From Vicinamibacteria bacterium (lineage in GTDB: Bacteria; Acidobacteriota; Vicinamibacteria; Marinacidobacterales; Marinacidobacteraceae), in the NCBI GenBank assembly GCA_965199715.1, contig OZ241322.1:73226-137225 (forward strand): a stretch of DNA of 64,000 nucleotides, in the 5' to 3' direction. The translations under genes and the position numbers were made by a program. The notes under the pieces were generated by a model that was given only the letters and a program-made list of their open reading frames with translations, was not told the DNA's origin and searched no databases. Of this stretch, positions 1 to 8,970 are shown in pieces; the first letter of the stretch is position 1; each line of letters starts with the position of its first letter.

Positions 1-2780
1 AGCCGCTCGCGCACTGGGCGCTCGCCACGTTCCAGGAGCGCCTCGACGAACCGGACTACGAGGAGGACGAGGCGTGTTCGGACCCCACGCTCGGCGCCGG
101 CCTCCCGTACGGATCGCCCGGGGCGAGGGAGGCGTCGGTCCCGATCTGGTGGGCCCCGTGCCGGGGCGTCGCGATCCGGACCGAGCCCGACGCCTGCGAC
201 GCGCAGGCGAACGCCGACGACGTGCTGCGGCGCCTCCCGCGGGACGTGAACTCGACCGTGACCCCGAACGGAATCGGCCTCTGGCAGCTCGCGCTCCACA
301 TCCGCGGCGCCGCGGCCGTCGATCCGGTCCCCGGCCGTCGCGACTTCATCCTCGCGCTCACCGACGGCGAGGACACCTGCGAGTGCGGCGAGCACTTATG
401 GAAGGACTTCAACGAGGGACCGCGCGGGCGCGCCCGAAGCCGCGACGTCGCCCTGCGCTCGCTCGCCGGATCCCCCGAAGAAGTGTCCGTGCGCCGGCCG
501 GAGCCCCGCGACCTGTACGCCTGGAACGCCGGGCTGAAGGCGCGGGCCGCCTACCGCGCGCTGCGCGGCGAGGATCCGGCGAATCCCGCCGGGGACGTCT
601 TCGTCGTCGGGTACGCGATGGGGGACCCCCGCACCCGGGAGCGCGTGAACCACCTCGGCTGGATGGCGTCCGACCTCCGGCGCCCGACGATCCACGCCGG
701 GAACGCGGGCGAACTGTTGGGAGCGCTTCGCCGCGCCATGGACGTGGTGACGCTGCCCGACGGGATGTCCGCGCTCTCCCCGCCGGCGCTAGCCACGGTC
801 AAGGAGCTCGTGGCCCGCTCGCCGTCCCCGGCCTTCCCGGGCAGCGACCCGTCGCTCCAACCCGGCGATCTCGTCGCCGACCCCTCGGATCCGGACGACC
901 TGAGCCGCGCGCTCCGGCTGCGCGCGGCCTATCGGGACAACATCCTCATCTCCACCGCCGCGGAGCTCCACGAGCTGCGCGGACACCTCCGAGCGCGGCC
1001 GTCAGCCGGCGGCGCGGTCGTCTGGGACGCCGGCGAACGGCTCCGGGACCGCGATCCCGACGGGCGGACGTTGCTGTTCAACCGGCCCGGCCGGCGCGCG
1101 CTGCTTCCCTTCCGGGTGGGGGAGGTCTCCGCCCGGGACGTCGGAGTCGCCGCGGGCTTCCTCGCCGAGTTGGACGGAAAGGGCGCCCGGACCGCCGCCG
1201 ACGCGGCGGAGATCGTGGTGCGGGTCACCCGGGGCGCGGAGCTCGGAATCCACCCGAAGACCGGCCGGATGTACGGCCCGGGCGGCAGGCTCCACTTCAC
1301 CGGCGGAGCGGGCACCTGGAAGCTCCGCGAGGCGCTCGCCGCGCCGGTCGCGGTGGGGAGCCCGCCGACGGCCCCCGACGCCATGACCCGGCGCCGGGAC
1401 GCCTACCGGCCCTTCTTCGACGCCCACGTGAACCGCCGCACGGTCGCCTACCTGCCCACGAGCGGCGGGATGCTACACGCCTTCGCCGCCGACACCGGCC
1501 ACGAGATCTTCGCGTACGTCCCGGACGACGTGCTCGGCCCCGCGCCCGGCGAGACCGAGCCGGACCGGGTCCTTCTGCGGGACCTCGTGGAGCAGACCGT
1601 CGTTCCCGATCCCGGGTACGAGGCGGCTCGCGCCAGCCGATTCAGCCTCGCTGGGTCGGCCTCGGTGCGCGATCTCTGGCTCGAGGGCGAGCGGCGGTGG
1701 GCGACCGTGCTCGCGTTCGGGCGCGACTACGGCGGGCGCTTCCTGACCGCGCTCGACGTCTCGCAGGTGGGCGACGGCTGGCGCGGCGACCTGACCCCGG
1801 CGCACGGGGGCCCGCCGCGGCTCCTGTTCAACGTGGGGCCCCGGGACGCGCTCGCCGGACTCGGCCACACGCCGGTTCCGGCTCTCGCCGAAGTTCCCGG
1901 CGCGGACGGCGCGACGTCGGTCGTGTTCCAGACCGCGGGCGCCGGAGCCCCCGGCGACGATTCCGGCGAGTGGCTCTTCGCGCTCTCGCCGGAGACCGGG
2001 AACGTCCTGCGCCGCTACCGGCTCCCGAGCGACTCCGGCGCCCGGATCGCGGCGAACGCCACCCCGGCGCCGCCCGCGCTCTGGCGCGAGTCCTACGCCG
2101 ACCGCGACGGCGGCGATCTCGTGACGCGCGTGTTCGCAGCGGACGTGCAGGGGCAGATCCACCGCCTCGACGTCCGCGACCCGAGTCGCTGGAAGTGGGG
2201 CCGGGCGTTCTCGCTGGGGCCGGACCAACCGGTCCTGACCGCCCCGGTCGCGCTCGCGCTGCCGGGCCGCACCGAACCGCACCTCCTGGTCGTGACGGGC
2301 GGGGATCGCCGGATTCCCGGCGGCGCGTCGCAGTTGGCGCTCCTGCGCGAATCGGGAACCCGGCTCGTGGAGGTCTGGCGGCGGTCGCTCGACCCCGGCG
2401 AGGCCCCTCAGGGGGTCCCCGCGGTGGTCTCGGATGGCGCGAACGTGGACGTGCTCCTCGCCACCCGGCTGTCCACGACTTCGGGCGAGGACTGCTCGGG
2501 AGTCGTCCGGGAGTCCCGGTCGCGGCTGCGCGCCTTCGACGGCCTCACCGGCGCTCCCGCCGCCGGCGTCGTCGCGACGGACGCCGCGTTTCGGGAGCTC
2601 GGCCCCGGCGCGGTCCGGGGGATCGCGCTGTCGGCCTCGGGCAATGCGGCGCTGAGCTTCTCGTCGGGCGCGGGCGAGGTGATCGACGCGGTCATCGGCG
2701 ACTTCAAGTTCCGCATCCCCGACCGCGCCCTCAAGGACGTGACGCTGTTCGTCGAGGGATTCCGGCGCTCGCCGTTCTGA
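1..2780 (+). CDS. pilY1: PilY1-like type IV pilus tip-associated adhesin, beta-propeller domain protein (5' end lies outside the window)
   Basis: Frame 3 is open from nt 3 and runs into the 222..2780 ORF, so the gene starts upstream of the window. Composition is diverse and protein-like. The motif 'SGGMLHAFAADTGHEIFAYVPDDV' is typical of the PilY1/PilC C-terminal propeller. A prepilin-type gene follows directly. Confidence 0.6.
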   Translation, partial: PLAHWALATFQERLDEPDYEEDEACSDPTLGAGLPYGSPGAREASVPIWWAPCRGVAIRTEPDACDAQANADDVLRRLPRDVNSTVTPNGIGLWQLALHIRGAAAVDPVPGRRDFILALTDGEDTCECGEHLWKDFNEGPRGRARSRDVALRSLAGSPEEVSVRRPEPRDLYAWNAGLKARAAYRALRGEDPANPAGDVFVVGYAMGDPRTRERVNHLGWMASDLRRPTIHAGNAGELLGALRRAMDVVTLPDGMSALSPPALATVKELVARSPSPAFPGSDPSLQPGDLVADPSDPDDLSRALRLRAAYRDNILISTAAELHELRGHLRARPSAGGAVVWDAGERLRDRDPDGRTLLFNRPGRRALLPFRVGEVSARDVGVAAGFLAELDGKGARTAADAAEIVVRVTRGAELGIHPKTGRMYGPGGRLHFTGGAGTWKLREALAAPVAVGSPPTAPDAMTRRRDAYRPFFDAHVNRRTVAYLPTSGGMLHAFAADTGHEIFAYVPDDVLGPAPGETEPDRVLLRDLVEQTVVPDPGYEAARASRFSLAGSASVRDLWLEGERRWATVLAFGRDYGGRFLTALDVSQVGDGWRGDLTPAHGGPPRLLFNVGPRDALAGLGHTPVPALAEVPGADGATSVVFQTAGAGAPGDDSGEWLFALSPETGNVLRRYRLPSDSGARIAANATPAPPALWRESYADRDGGDLVTRVFAADVQGQIHRLDVRDPSRWKWGRAFSLGPDQPVLTAPVALALPGRTEPHLLVVTGGDRRIPGGASQLALLRESGTRLVEVWRRSLDPGEAPQGVPAVVSDGANVDVLLATRLSTTSGEDCSGVVRESRSRLRAFDGLTGAPAAGVVATDAAFRELGPGAVRGIALSASGNAALSFSSGAGEVIDAVIGDFKFRIPDRALKDVTLFVEGFRRSPF

Positions 2781-2782
2781 CC

Positions 2783-4054
2783 ATGTCCGCTTCGCGCAGA
2801 AGCGCCGGATTCACGCTCGTCGAGGCGATCCTCGTCGCCGCGGTCACGCTCTTCGTCGTGGGCGGCTTCCTCGTCCTGTTTCGCGCCGGGCAGGGGGCCT
2901 TCCGGACCGGGCCCGAGGGAGCGGCGCTGCAACTGGACGCCGCCGCCATGCTGGACCTCGTCGCCCGCGACCTCGAACGGGCGGGCTCGGGGCTTCCGCC
3001 GGAGGTCCCCGTGTTCAACGATCTCGGGCAAGCCGGCGACCGGAACCCCGACGGGCTTGACTTTCTCGCCGCGCCCGAGCGCCTCGCCGCAACCGGATTC
3101 GAGCCGGTCGTCGCTTTCGACGGCGCCGTCGCCCGGCTCGACGCGCCCCGCAGCCGCCTCGAACCCAACTCCCTCGCCGTGGTCTTCAACGACGACGAGA
3201 TGACGCCCCGCTGGGCGCTCGGCGAAGTGGCCGAGGCGTCCCGGGGCGGCGGTTCGCCGCAGTCTCCGTCGGGCGCGCGAGTGCGGCTGCGCCCGATCCG
3301 CAACGACTGGCACTTCCACTTCCGCTCGCTCGACTCCGGCACCTTCGAGCCGGGCGGAGGCGGCGGGCTCATGCAGCGCGCCCTCACGAGCGTGCTGGGC
3401 GGAATCATCGAGGCGGCGCTCCCCGGGCTCGGATCCGGCCCCGCCGGGGCCCTCACCGACCAGGTCGTCTCGACGATGCTGGAGCAACTCGGCGAGAAAA
3501 CCCGAAAGAAGAAAGGGAAGGGGAAAGGGAAGTCCGTTCCCGGCGGAACGGACGAGGAGGACGCGAACTTCGGCCCTTTCGGCCTCGGCCAGCCGGGACT
3601 CGTGCCCGTGTCCCGGATCCGCTACTGGCTGCGCGAGCCCCGTGCGCGGGACGGGGGCCGGCGCACGCTCATGCGGCAGGTGGACGACGGCCAGCCGCAG
3701 CCGGTCGGGTTCGCCGAGGACTTCCAGGTCCGCTACGTCACCGGACGCGACGCGGACCGGATGGGCGGCGCGCCGCCCGCCCTCATCGGCGACATGAAGA
3801 CGGCCCGCCAGCTCGGCGACCGGATCGTGCGGGCGGTGGACGTGGAGATCCGGGTGGCGTCCAGCGACGCGCCGAGCCGCGGCCCCTCGAACGAAGCGGA
3901 GTCCCGGACGACGACCGTGCGCCGCCGGGTCGGGCTTCGCGTGACGGCCGCCGGGGTCGGACGGCGGGCGTGGGAGGAGAGCATGCAGCGCAACGCGCTT
4001 CCCACCGAGATCCCGCGGATCGGCCCGCTTCGCTTCATCAAGCTGCCGTGGTGA
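2783..4054 (+). CDS. Type IV pilus minor pilin / pseudopilin (PilW/PilX-like) with prepilin N-terminal cleavage/methylation motif
   Basis: ATG at 2783 is in frame with the tail of the large 74..4054 ORF. The N-terminus 'MSASRRSAGFTLVEAILVAAVTLFVVGG' carries the classic G|FTLxE prepilin motif followed by a hydrophobic helix. It sits 2 nt after the pilY1-like stop. Confidence 0.7.
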   Translation: MSASRRSAGFTLVEAILVAAVTLFVVGGFLVLFRAGQGAFRTGPEGAALQLDAAAMLDLVARDLERAGSGLPPEVPVFNDLGQAGDRNPDGLDFLAAPERLAATGFEPVVAFDGAVARLDAPRSRLEPNSLAVVFNDDEMTPRWALGEVAEASRGGGSPQSPSGARVRLRPIRNDWHFHFRSLDSGTFEPGGGGGLMQRALTSVLGGIIEAALPGLGSGPAGALTDQVVSTMLEQLGEKTRKKKGKGKGKSVPGGTDEEDANFGPFGLGQPGLVPVSRIRYWLREPRARDGGRRTLMRQVDDGQPQPVGFAEDFQVRYVTGRDADRMGGAPPALIGDMKTARQLGDRIVRAVDVEIRVASSDAPSRGPSNEAESRTTTVRRRVGLRVTAAGVGRRAWEESMQRNALPTEIPRIGPLRFIKLPW

Positions 4055-4721
4055 TCTCCGGTTTCGCCCCCGAGTGGATCGCGACCGTCCCCAGCGTGCG
4101 TTTCGTCCACGAGACCGCGCCGAACCCGGCCGCCCGCAGGCTCGCCGCCAGGTCGTCCGCGTCGGGGAAGTCGAGGATCGAGTCCCGGAGGTACCCGTAC
4201 GGGGCCCGCCCGGGAGCGGCCAGCGCCGCGAGCGTCGGCACGCCGAGCCGCAGCCACGCGCCGTGCAGGAGCCGGACGCCGGCGTTCCCCGGCCGGGAGA
4301 ACTCGAGGACGACGAGCCGTCCGCCGGGGACGAGCACCCGCAGGATCTCGGCGAGGCCCGCGCCGAGGTCCGGCAGGTTGCGCACCCCGAACCCCACCGT
4401 CGCCCCGTCGAAGCTCCCGTCAGGGAAGGGGAGCCGCATCGCGTCGCCGGCCACCCACGCGATCGGGCGGCGGCGCGCCTCGGCCTTGACCTGCGCGCGG
4501 CCGAGCATCGCCGGCGTGAAGTCGCACCCCACCGTCCGCAGCTCCCGAGGAACCTCGAGCGCGAGGTCGCCGGTCCCGCAGCACAGGTCCAGAATCCGGT
4601 CGCCGGGCAGCGGAGCGCCGCCGAGGAGCCGGGCGCGCGCCGCCTTGCGCCATCCCCGGTCCAGACCGACGCTCAGGAGCCGGTTCATGCGGTCGTAGCC
4701 GGGCGCCACGGCGTCGAACAT
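4038..4721 (-). CDS. ubiE: Demethylmenaquinone / ubiquinone C-methyltransferase UbiE/MenG
   Basis: 'MFDAVAPGYDRMNRLLSVGLDRGWRK...DLCCGTGDLA...LVPGGRLVVLEFSRP' is the UbiE signature. ATG at 4721 verified in sequence. The R-rich N-terminal extension of the 4038..5297 ORF is an artefact. Confidence 0.85.
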   Translation of the reverse strand: MFDAVAPGYDRMNRLLSVGLDRGWRKAARARLLGGAPLPGDRILDLCCGTGDLALEVPRELRTVGCDFTPAMLGRAQVKAEARRRPIAWVAGDAMRLPFPDGSFDGATVGFGVRNLPDLGAGLAEILRVLVPGGRLVVLEFSRPGNAGVRLLHGAWLRLGVPTLAALAAPGRAPYGYLRDSILDFPDADDLAASLRAAGFGAVSWTKRTLGTVAIHSGAKPEITTAA

Positions 4722-4853
4722 GCCCTGGACGGCGCCGGGCGTCCGCCGGAACGCGTCGGGGCTGCGCTCGAATGCCACGGGCCGGGATTCTGGCGCCGAT
4801 CCCCCGGCGATAATCTTCCGCGCCCGGTGTCCGCCTCTTCTCCGCTCCTCCTG

Positions 4854-5183
4854 ATGATCGGCCCGCTCGGGGTTCAGGAGATGGTCGTCATCATGCTCTT
4901 GGCGCTGATGCTGTTCGGACCCCGGAAGCTGCCGCAGATCGGCAAGACGCTCGGAAAGAGCCTCGCCGAGTTCCGCCGGACCAGCAACGAGCTCAAGAAC
5001 ACCCTGGAGCGCGAGGTCCAGATGGAGGAGTTCCGCAACGCCCGGTCGGAGATGAAGGGCTTTCAGCAGGATCTGCGCGAGGGGCTCGCCGGCTCCGACT
5101 CCGGTCGGCCTCCGGAGGACGACCCCGACGAGCCCCCCGCCGAGTCGTCCGAATCCCCGCCGGACGAACCGCCGCGTGCCTGA
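4854..5183 (+). CDS. tatA: Twin-arginine translocase subunit TatA/E
   Basis: 'MIGPLGVQEMVVIMLLALMLFGPRKLPQIGKTLGKSLAEFRR' is the TatA TM helix plus amphipathic helix, followed by an acidic tail. ATG at 4854. Confidence 0.85.
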   Translation: MIGPLGVQEMVVIMLLALMLFGPRKLPQIGKTLGKSLAEFRRTSNELKNTLEREVQMEEFRNARSEMKGFQQDLREGLAGSDSGRPPEDDPDEPPAESSESPPDEPPRA

Positions 5184-5985
5184 ACCGGAAGACGTCGCGG
5201 ACGGCTCCGGCGAGGGCGGCGGCGCCCCCGACCGGATGACCTTCCTCGAGCACCTGGACGAGCTCCGCACCCGCCTGATCCGGGCGGTCATGGCCATCGG
5301 CGTGACGTTCGTCGCGTGCTTCTTCTTCTACGAGCGGATCTTCAACTTCCTGATGCAGCCGCTGCGGGAGGTGCTGGACCCGCTCGGCGGCGAGCTCATC
5401 GCGACCGCCCCCACCGAGATCTTCTACCTCGGCATGAAGATGAGCCTGTTGGTCGCGGTGCTCGTCTCGACCCCCGCGTGGCTCGGGCAGGTCTGGGGTT
5501 TCGTGGCCCCCGGCCTCTACAAGCACGAGCGCCGGCTCGCGTGGCCGCTCGTGGGGCTCGGCTCGATGTTCTTCGTGCTCGGCGCGGTCTTCGCGCACGC
5601 CGTCCTCTTCCCCGCGGCCGCGGGCTTCCTCGGCACGTTCGGAGGGGGCGGCGAGGGGATCGAGCTTCGCTACAAGGTCTCCGAGGTGTTCAGCTTCTAC
5701 GCCCGCGTGGTGCTGGGCTCCGCGATCGTCTTCCAGATTCCGACGCTCGCGCTGGCGCTCTCGCGCCTCGGGCTCGTCACGCCCCGGATGCTCTGGAAGT
5801 ACTTCCGCTTCGCGGTGCTCGGCGCCTTCGTCCTCGCCGCGCTCCTGACCCCGCCGGACCCGACCACCCAGATTATCCTCGCCGGCCCGATGATCGTCCT
5901 GTATCTGGTCTCCATCGGGATCGCGTGGGTCGGCAACCGCAGCCGCCGCAAGCGGCGCGAGGAGGCCTCGGGCGACGGCTCGTGA
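5176..5985 (+). CDS. tatC: Twin-arginine translocase subunit TatC
   Basis: 'MTFLEHLDELRTRLIRAVMAIGVTFVACFFFYERIFNFLMQPL...' with six predicted TMs. GTG at 5176 overlaps the tatA stop by 8 nt. An alternative ATG start at 5236 is possible. Confidence 0.85.
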   Translation: MPEPEDVADGSGEGGGAPDRMTFLEHLDELRTRLIRAVMAIGVTFVACFFFYERIFNFLMQPLREVLDPLGGELIATAPTEIFYLGMKMSLLVAVLVSTPAWLGQVWGFVAPGLYKHERRLAWPLVGLGSMFFVLGAVFAHAVLFPAAAGFLGTFGGGGEGIELRYKVSEVFSFYARVVLGSAIVFQIPTLALALSRLGLVTPRMLWKYFRFAVLGAFVLAALLTPPDPTTQIILAGPMIVLYLVSIGIAWVGNRSRRKRREEASGDGS

Positions 5986-6025
5986 TCGCCGCCGGCGCGC
6001 GCCGCGGGGCTGCTAGGATGCGGCC

Positions 6026-7669
6026 ATGCCGAAGGCCCGCCTGATCGGCAGGGCGTCGCTCCTGCCTCTCCTGGTCGCTTCCACCATCGCGGTCGCGGTG
6101 GCCGCGCCGGACCCGTGGAAAGAGCTCCGCCAGTGGCACGTGAACGTGATCCGCACGGTGGAGACCGAGTACGTCCGCGAGATCAGCCCCGAGACGCTCA
6201 CGAGCGCCACGGTGTCGGGCATGCTGGCCCGACTCGATCCGCACTCGAGCCTGATGCCGCCGCAGAACTACCGGCAGATGCGCGAGCGCCAGCAGGGCGG
6301 CTACGTGGGCCTCGGGATCCGGGTGCAGCAGCGCAACGGCCTCCTCACCGTGGTCTCGCCCTTCGAGGGCACGCCGGCGTATCGGCTCGGCATCCGCGCC
6401 GGCGACGTGATCTCGCGGATCGAGGGCGTGGACGCCACCGAGTACGACATGGACGGCGCCGTCTCCCGCCTCAGGGGGCCGCAGGGAACCGCGGTCCGCA
6501 TCACGATCACCCGGCCGGGCTACGACGCGCCGCTCGACTTCACCGTGATCCGGGACCGGATCGCGCTCCGCAGCGTCCCGTACTTCTTCCTGCTCGACGC
6601 GGAGGAGCCCACCGGCTACGTCCGGATCTCCGACTTCAACGAGAACACCGACCAGGAGCTCAAGGACGCCATCGTCGAGCTCCGGCTCCAGGGCGCGGAA
6701 CGGCTCATGGTGGACCTCCGCCGGAATCCGGGCGGCCTTCTGAACCAGGCCGTCTCGGTGTCCAACGTCTTCCTGAAGCAGGGCAAGGAAGTGGTCTCGA
6801 TCCGCGGACGCGACGCGCGCATGGATCAGGAGTACCACGCCCGGGAGCCGAGCCCTCACGCGGATCTCCCGCTGGTCGTCCTCGTCTCGAGGGAGAGCGC
6901 GTCCGCGTCGGAGATCGTGGCCGGAGCCGTGCAAGACCATGACCGGGGCCTCATCGTCGGCGAGAACACCTACGGAAAGGGCCTCGTCCAGTCGGTGTTC
7001 CAGCTTCCCCACGGCTACGCGCTCGGCCTGACCTCGGCGCAGTACTTCACCCCCAGCGGCCGGCGGCTTCAGCGCGACTACGACTCGGGCGACTTCCTCG
7101 CCTACTACCAGGGGCGCGGCGAGCACGACTCCAACGACGAGGCGGGGACCGTCGTCCGGACCGGAATCGGCCGCGAGCTCTCGGGCGGCGGCGGAATCGA
7201 ACCCGACCACGAGGCGCGCACCCCGGACCTTCCGGACGCCGTGCTGGAGCTGGAGCAGCGGGGAGCCTTCTTCCGCTTCGCCACCCGTTTCGTCCCGAAG
7301 GACGGCCGCGGCGCCGTCGATGGGGCGGGGGAGCGCCCCGACGAGCTCACCGCCCGGGGCGCGAACGTCCGCGCCGTCGATCAGGCCTTCCGCGCCGACG
7401 AGCGGGCCTTCGAGGAGTTCTTCGCCTTCCTCGAAGAGGAGAACGTGGCCCACGACCGGGAGGCGCTCGAGGCCCACCGCGAGCCGATGGCCATCCGGAT
7501 CGAGAGCGAGGTCTTTCACCTGCTGTGGGGCCCCGGAGCGGCCCAGCGGGCGGTGATCGACCGCGACCCGCAGGTCCGGGCGGGGCTCGATCTCATGCCG
7601 CGGGCGGCGCTCCTGCTCGAGGACCCGGACGCCTACCTCACGACGATGGGCGGTTCGGGACTCCAGTGA
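6026..7669 (+). CDS. ctpA: Carboxyl-terminal processing protease (S41 family, PDZ domain)
   Basis: Signal peptide, then 'GYVGLGIRVQ...GDVISRIEG' (PDZ) and 'DLRRNPGGLLNQAVSVSNVFL...VVLVSRESASASEIVAGA..GENTYGKGLVQ' (S41 catalytic region). Confidence 0.85.
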   Translation: MPKARLIGRASLLPLLVASTIAVAVAAPDPWKELRQWHVNVIRTVETEYVREISPETLTSATVSGMLARLDPHSSLMPPQNYRQMRERQQGGYVGLGIRVQQRNGLLTVVSPFEGTPAYRLGIRAGDVISRIEGVDATEYDMDGAVSRLRGPQGTAVRITITRPGYDAPLDFTVIRDRIALRSVPYFFLLDAEEPTGYVRISDFNENTDQELKDAIVELRLQGAERLMVDLRRNPGGLLNQAVSVSNVFLKQGKEVVSIRGRDARMDQEYHAREPSPHADLPLVVLVSRESASASEIVAGAVQDHDRGLIVGENTYGKGLVQSVFQLPHGYALGLTSAQYFTPSGRRLQRDYDSGDFLAYYQGRGEHDSNDEAGTVVRTGIGRELSGGGGIEPDHEARTPDLPDAVLELEQRGAFFRFATRFVPKDGRGAVDGAGERPDELTARGANVRAVDQAFRADERAFEEFFAFLEEENVAHDREALEAHREPMAIRIESEVFHLLWGPGAAQRAVIDRDPQVRAGLDLMPRAALLLEDPDAYLTTMGGSGLQ

Positions 7670-8970
7670 CGGCCGTCCTCGCGGCGGTTCTGCTGCTCCC
7701 CGCGCTCGCGAACGCGCAGTCCATCGACGAGCTGCTCGTGCGCATCGAGAGCCCCGACGCCGACATCCGGCGCGAGGCGGCCCGCGACCTCGGCCGCAAC
7801 GGTTCGGACGCGGCCGTCGAGGCTCTGAACGGGGCCGCCGCCGACGAGGACGTCCAGGTGCGGGACGAGGTGCTCGCCGCGCTCGTCGCCGTCCGCCGTC
7901 CGGTCGCGGCCCCCGGCGTCCTTCTCTTCCTCGGCAGCGACGTGAAGGCCGACCGCGAGCGGGCGGTCGCGTCGCTCGTGGACATGCACGGGATCGAGGA
8001 GCCGCCGGGACGGGGCGCCCGCGCGATGAACTGGCTGCTCCGCCGCGACGACGACTTCGTGCTGGATCCGCTGCGCCCGGTGTCCCCGAGCGTCGTCGGC
8101 GGGCTCATGGGCCGGCTCCAGGATCCCGAGCGCGACGTCCGCCTCGCGGCCGCGGAAGGACTCGGCCTGCTGCGGGCGGCCGCCGCCGTTCCCGCGCTCA
8201 CGGCGGCGGCGGGCGACGCCGAGGAACGGGTGGCGCGCGCCGCGATCGCGGCGCTCGGCGAGGTGGGCCACGTCGCCCCCGAAACCGCCGGCCCGGCGCT
8301 CGTGGGCCTGCTGGACGGCTCGCCTCATCCCGTGGACGTGGTCGAGAGCCTCGGGATGATGGCCTTCGAGAGCGCCGGTCGGACGCTGCTCGCGGCCTAT
8401 GACGGCGACGCCGACGGCGAGCTCGGCGAGGCGGCGCTCTGGGCGCTCTCTCGGATCGGATATTCGGGCGCGCTCGCCACGTTCATCGCCGAGCTGACCG
8501 GCAGCGACGCCGGGCGGCGCGAGTCGGCCGCGGCGGGTCTCGGCCGCATCGGCGACCGGGATATGGCCGACGGCATGGTCCGCGACTTCCTGCGGGAGGA
8601 CGACCGTCGCGTCCAGCTCGCCTACTGCTTCGCGCTGACGCTGCTGGGCGAGACTCCCTTCGTGGACCGGGTGGTGCTCGATCTGACCGACCGGACGCTC
8701 GGCGACCAGGCGCGCGACTACGCGCTGGAGCTCGGCGAGCCCGCGGTTCCCCAGTTCGTCCGCTATCTCGGCGATCCCGACAAGGACATGCGCCTGCGGC
8801 TGATCGAGCTTCTGGAGCGCATCGGCTCGGCCGCCGCGATCCCCGGGCTCGAGGGCCGCGAGCAGGATCCCGAAGCGGACGTCGTGGATCGGGCGCGGCT
8901 CGCGATCCGCCGCCTGCGCCAGCTCGAGGAAGCCGGAGTCGAAGCGCGGCGCGGGCCGGGCGGCGGTTGA
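7666..8970 (+). CDS. Secreted HEAT-repeat (PBS-lyase-like) protein
   Basis: GTG at 7666 overlaps the ctpA stop (GTGA). Signal peptide 'VTAVLAAVLLLPALANAQS'. Repeated 'D..VR..AA.ALG..G...A...L' HEAT-like units. The upstream part of the 7525 ORF is G/P/R-rich junk. Confidence 0.65.
   Translation: MTAVLAAVLLLPALANAQSIDELLVRIESPDADIRREAARDLGRNGSDAAVEALNGAAADEDVQVRDEVLAALVAVRRPVAAPGVLLFLGSDVKADRERAVASLVDMHGIEEPPGRGARAMNWLLRRDDDFVLDPLRPVSPSVVGGLMGRLQDPERDVRLAAAEGLGLLRAAAAVPALTAAAGDAEERVARAAIAALGEVGHVAPETAGPALVGLLDGSPHPVDVVESLGMMAFESAGRTLLAAYDGDADGELGEAALWALSRIGYSGALATFIAELTGSDAGRRESAAAGLGRIGDRDMADGMVRDFLREDDRRVQLAYCFALTLLGETPFVDRVVLDLTDRTLGDQARDYALELGEPAVPQFVRYLGDPDKDMRLRLIELLERIGSAAAIPGLEGREQDPEADVVDRARLAIRRLRQLEEAGVEARRGPGGG

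Noticed and set aside
74-4054. 1326-aa plus-strand ORF spanning the first 4 kb
   Set aside because: Arg/Pro/Gly-rich low-complexity translation typical of an out-of-frame read of high-GC DNA. Only its last 424 codons (from ATG 2783) encode a convincing prepilin-type protein. The real upstream gene is in frame 3 (PilY1-like).
5873-7519. 548-aa minus-strand ORF antisense to ctpA
   Set aside because: No recognisable motifs, R/G/A/V-rich. The plus-strand ctpA has clear PDZ and S41 motifs.
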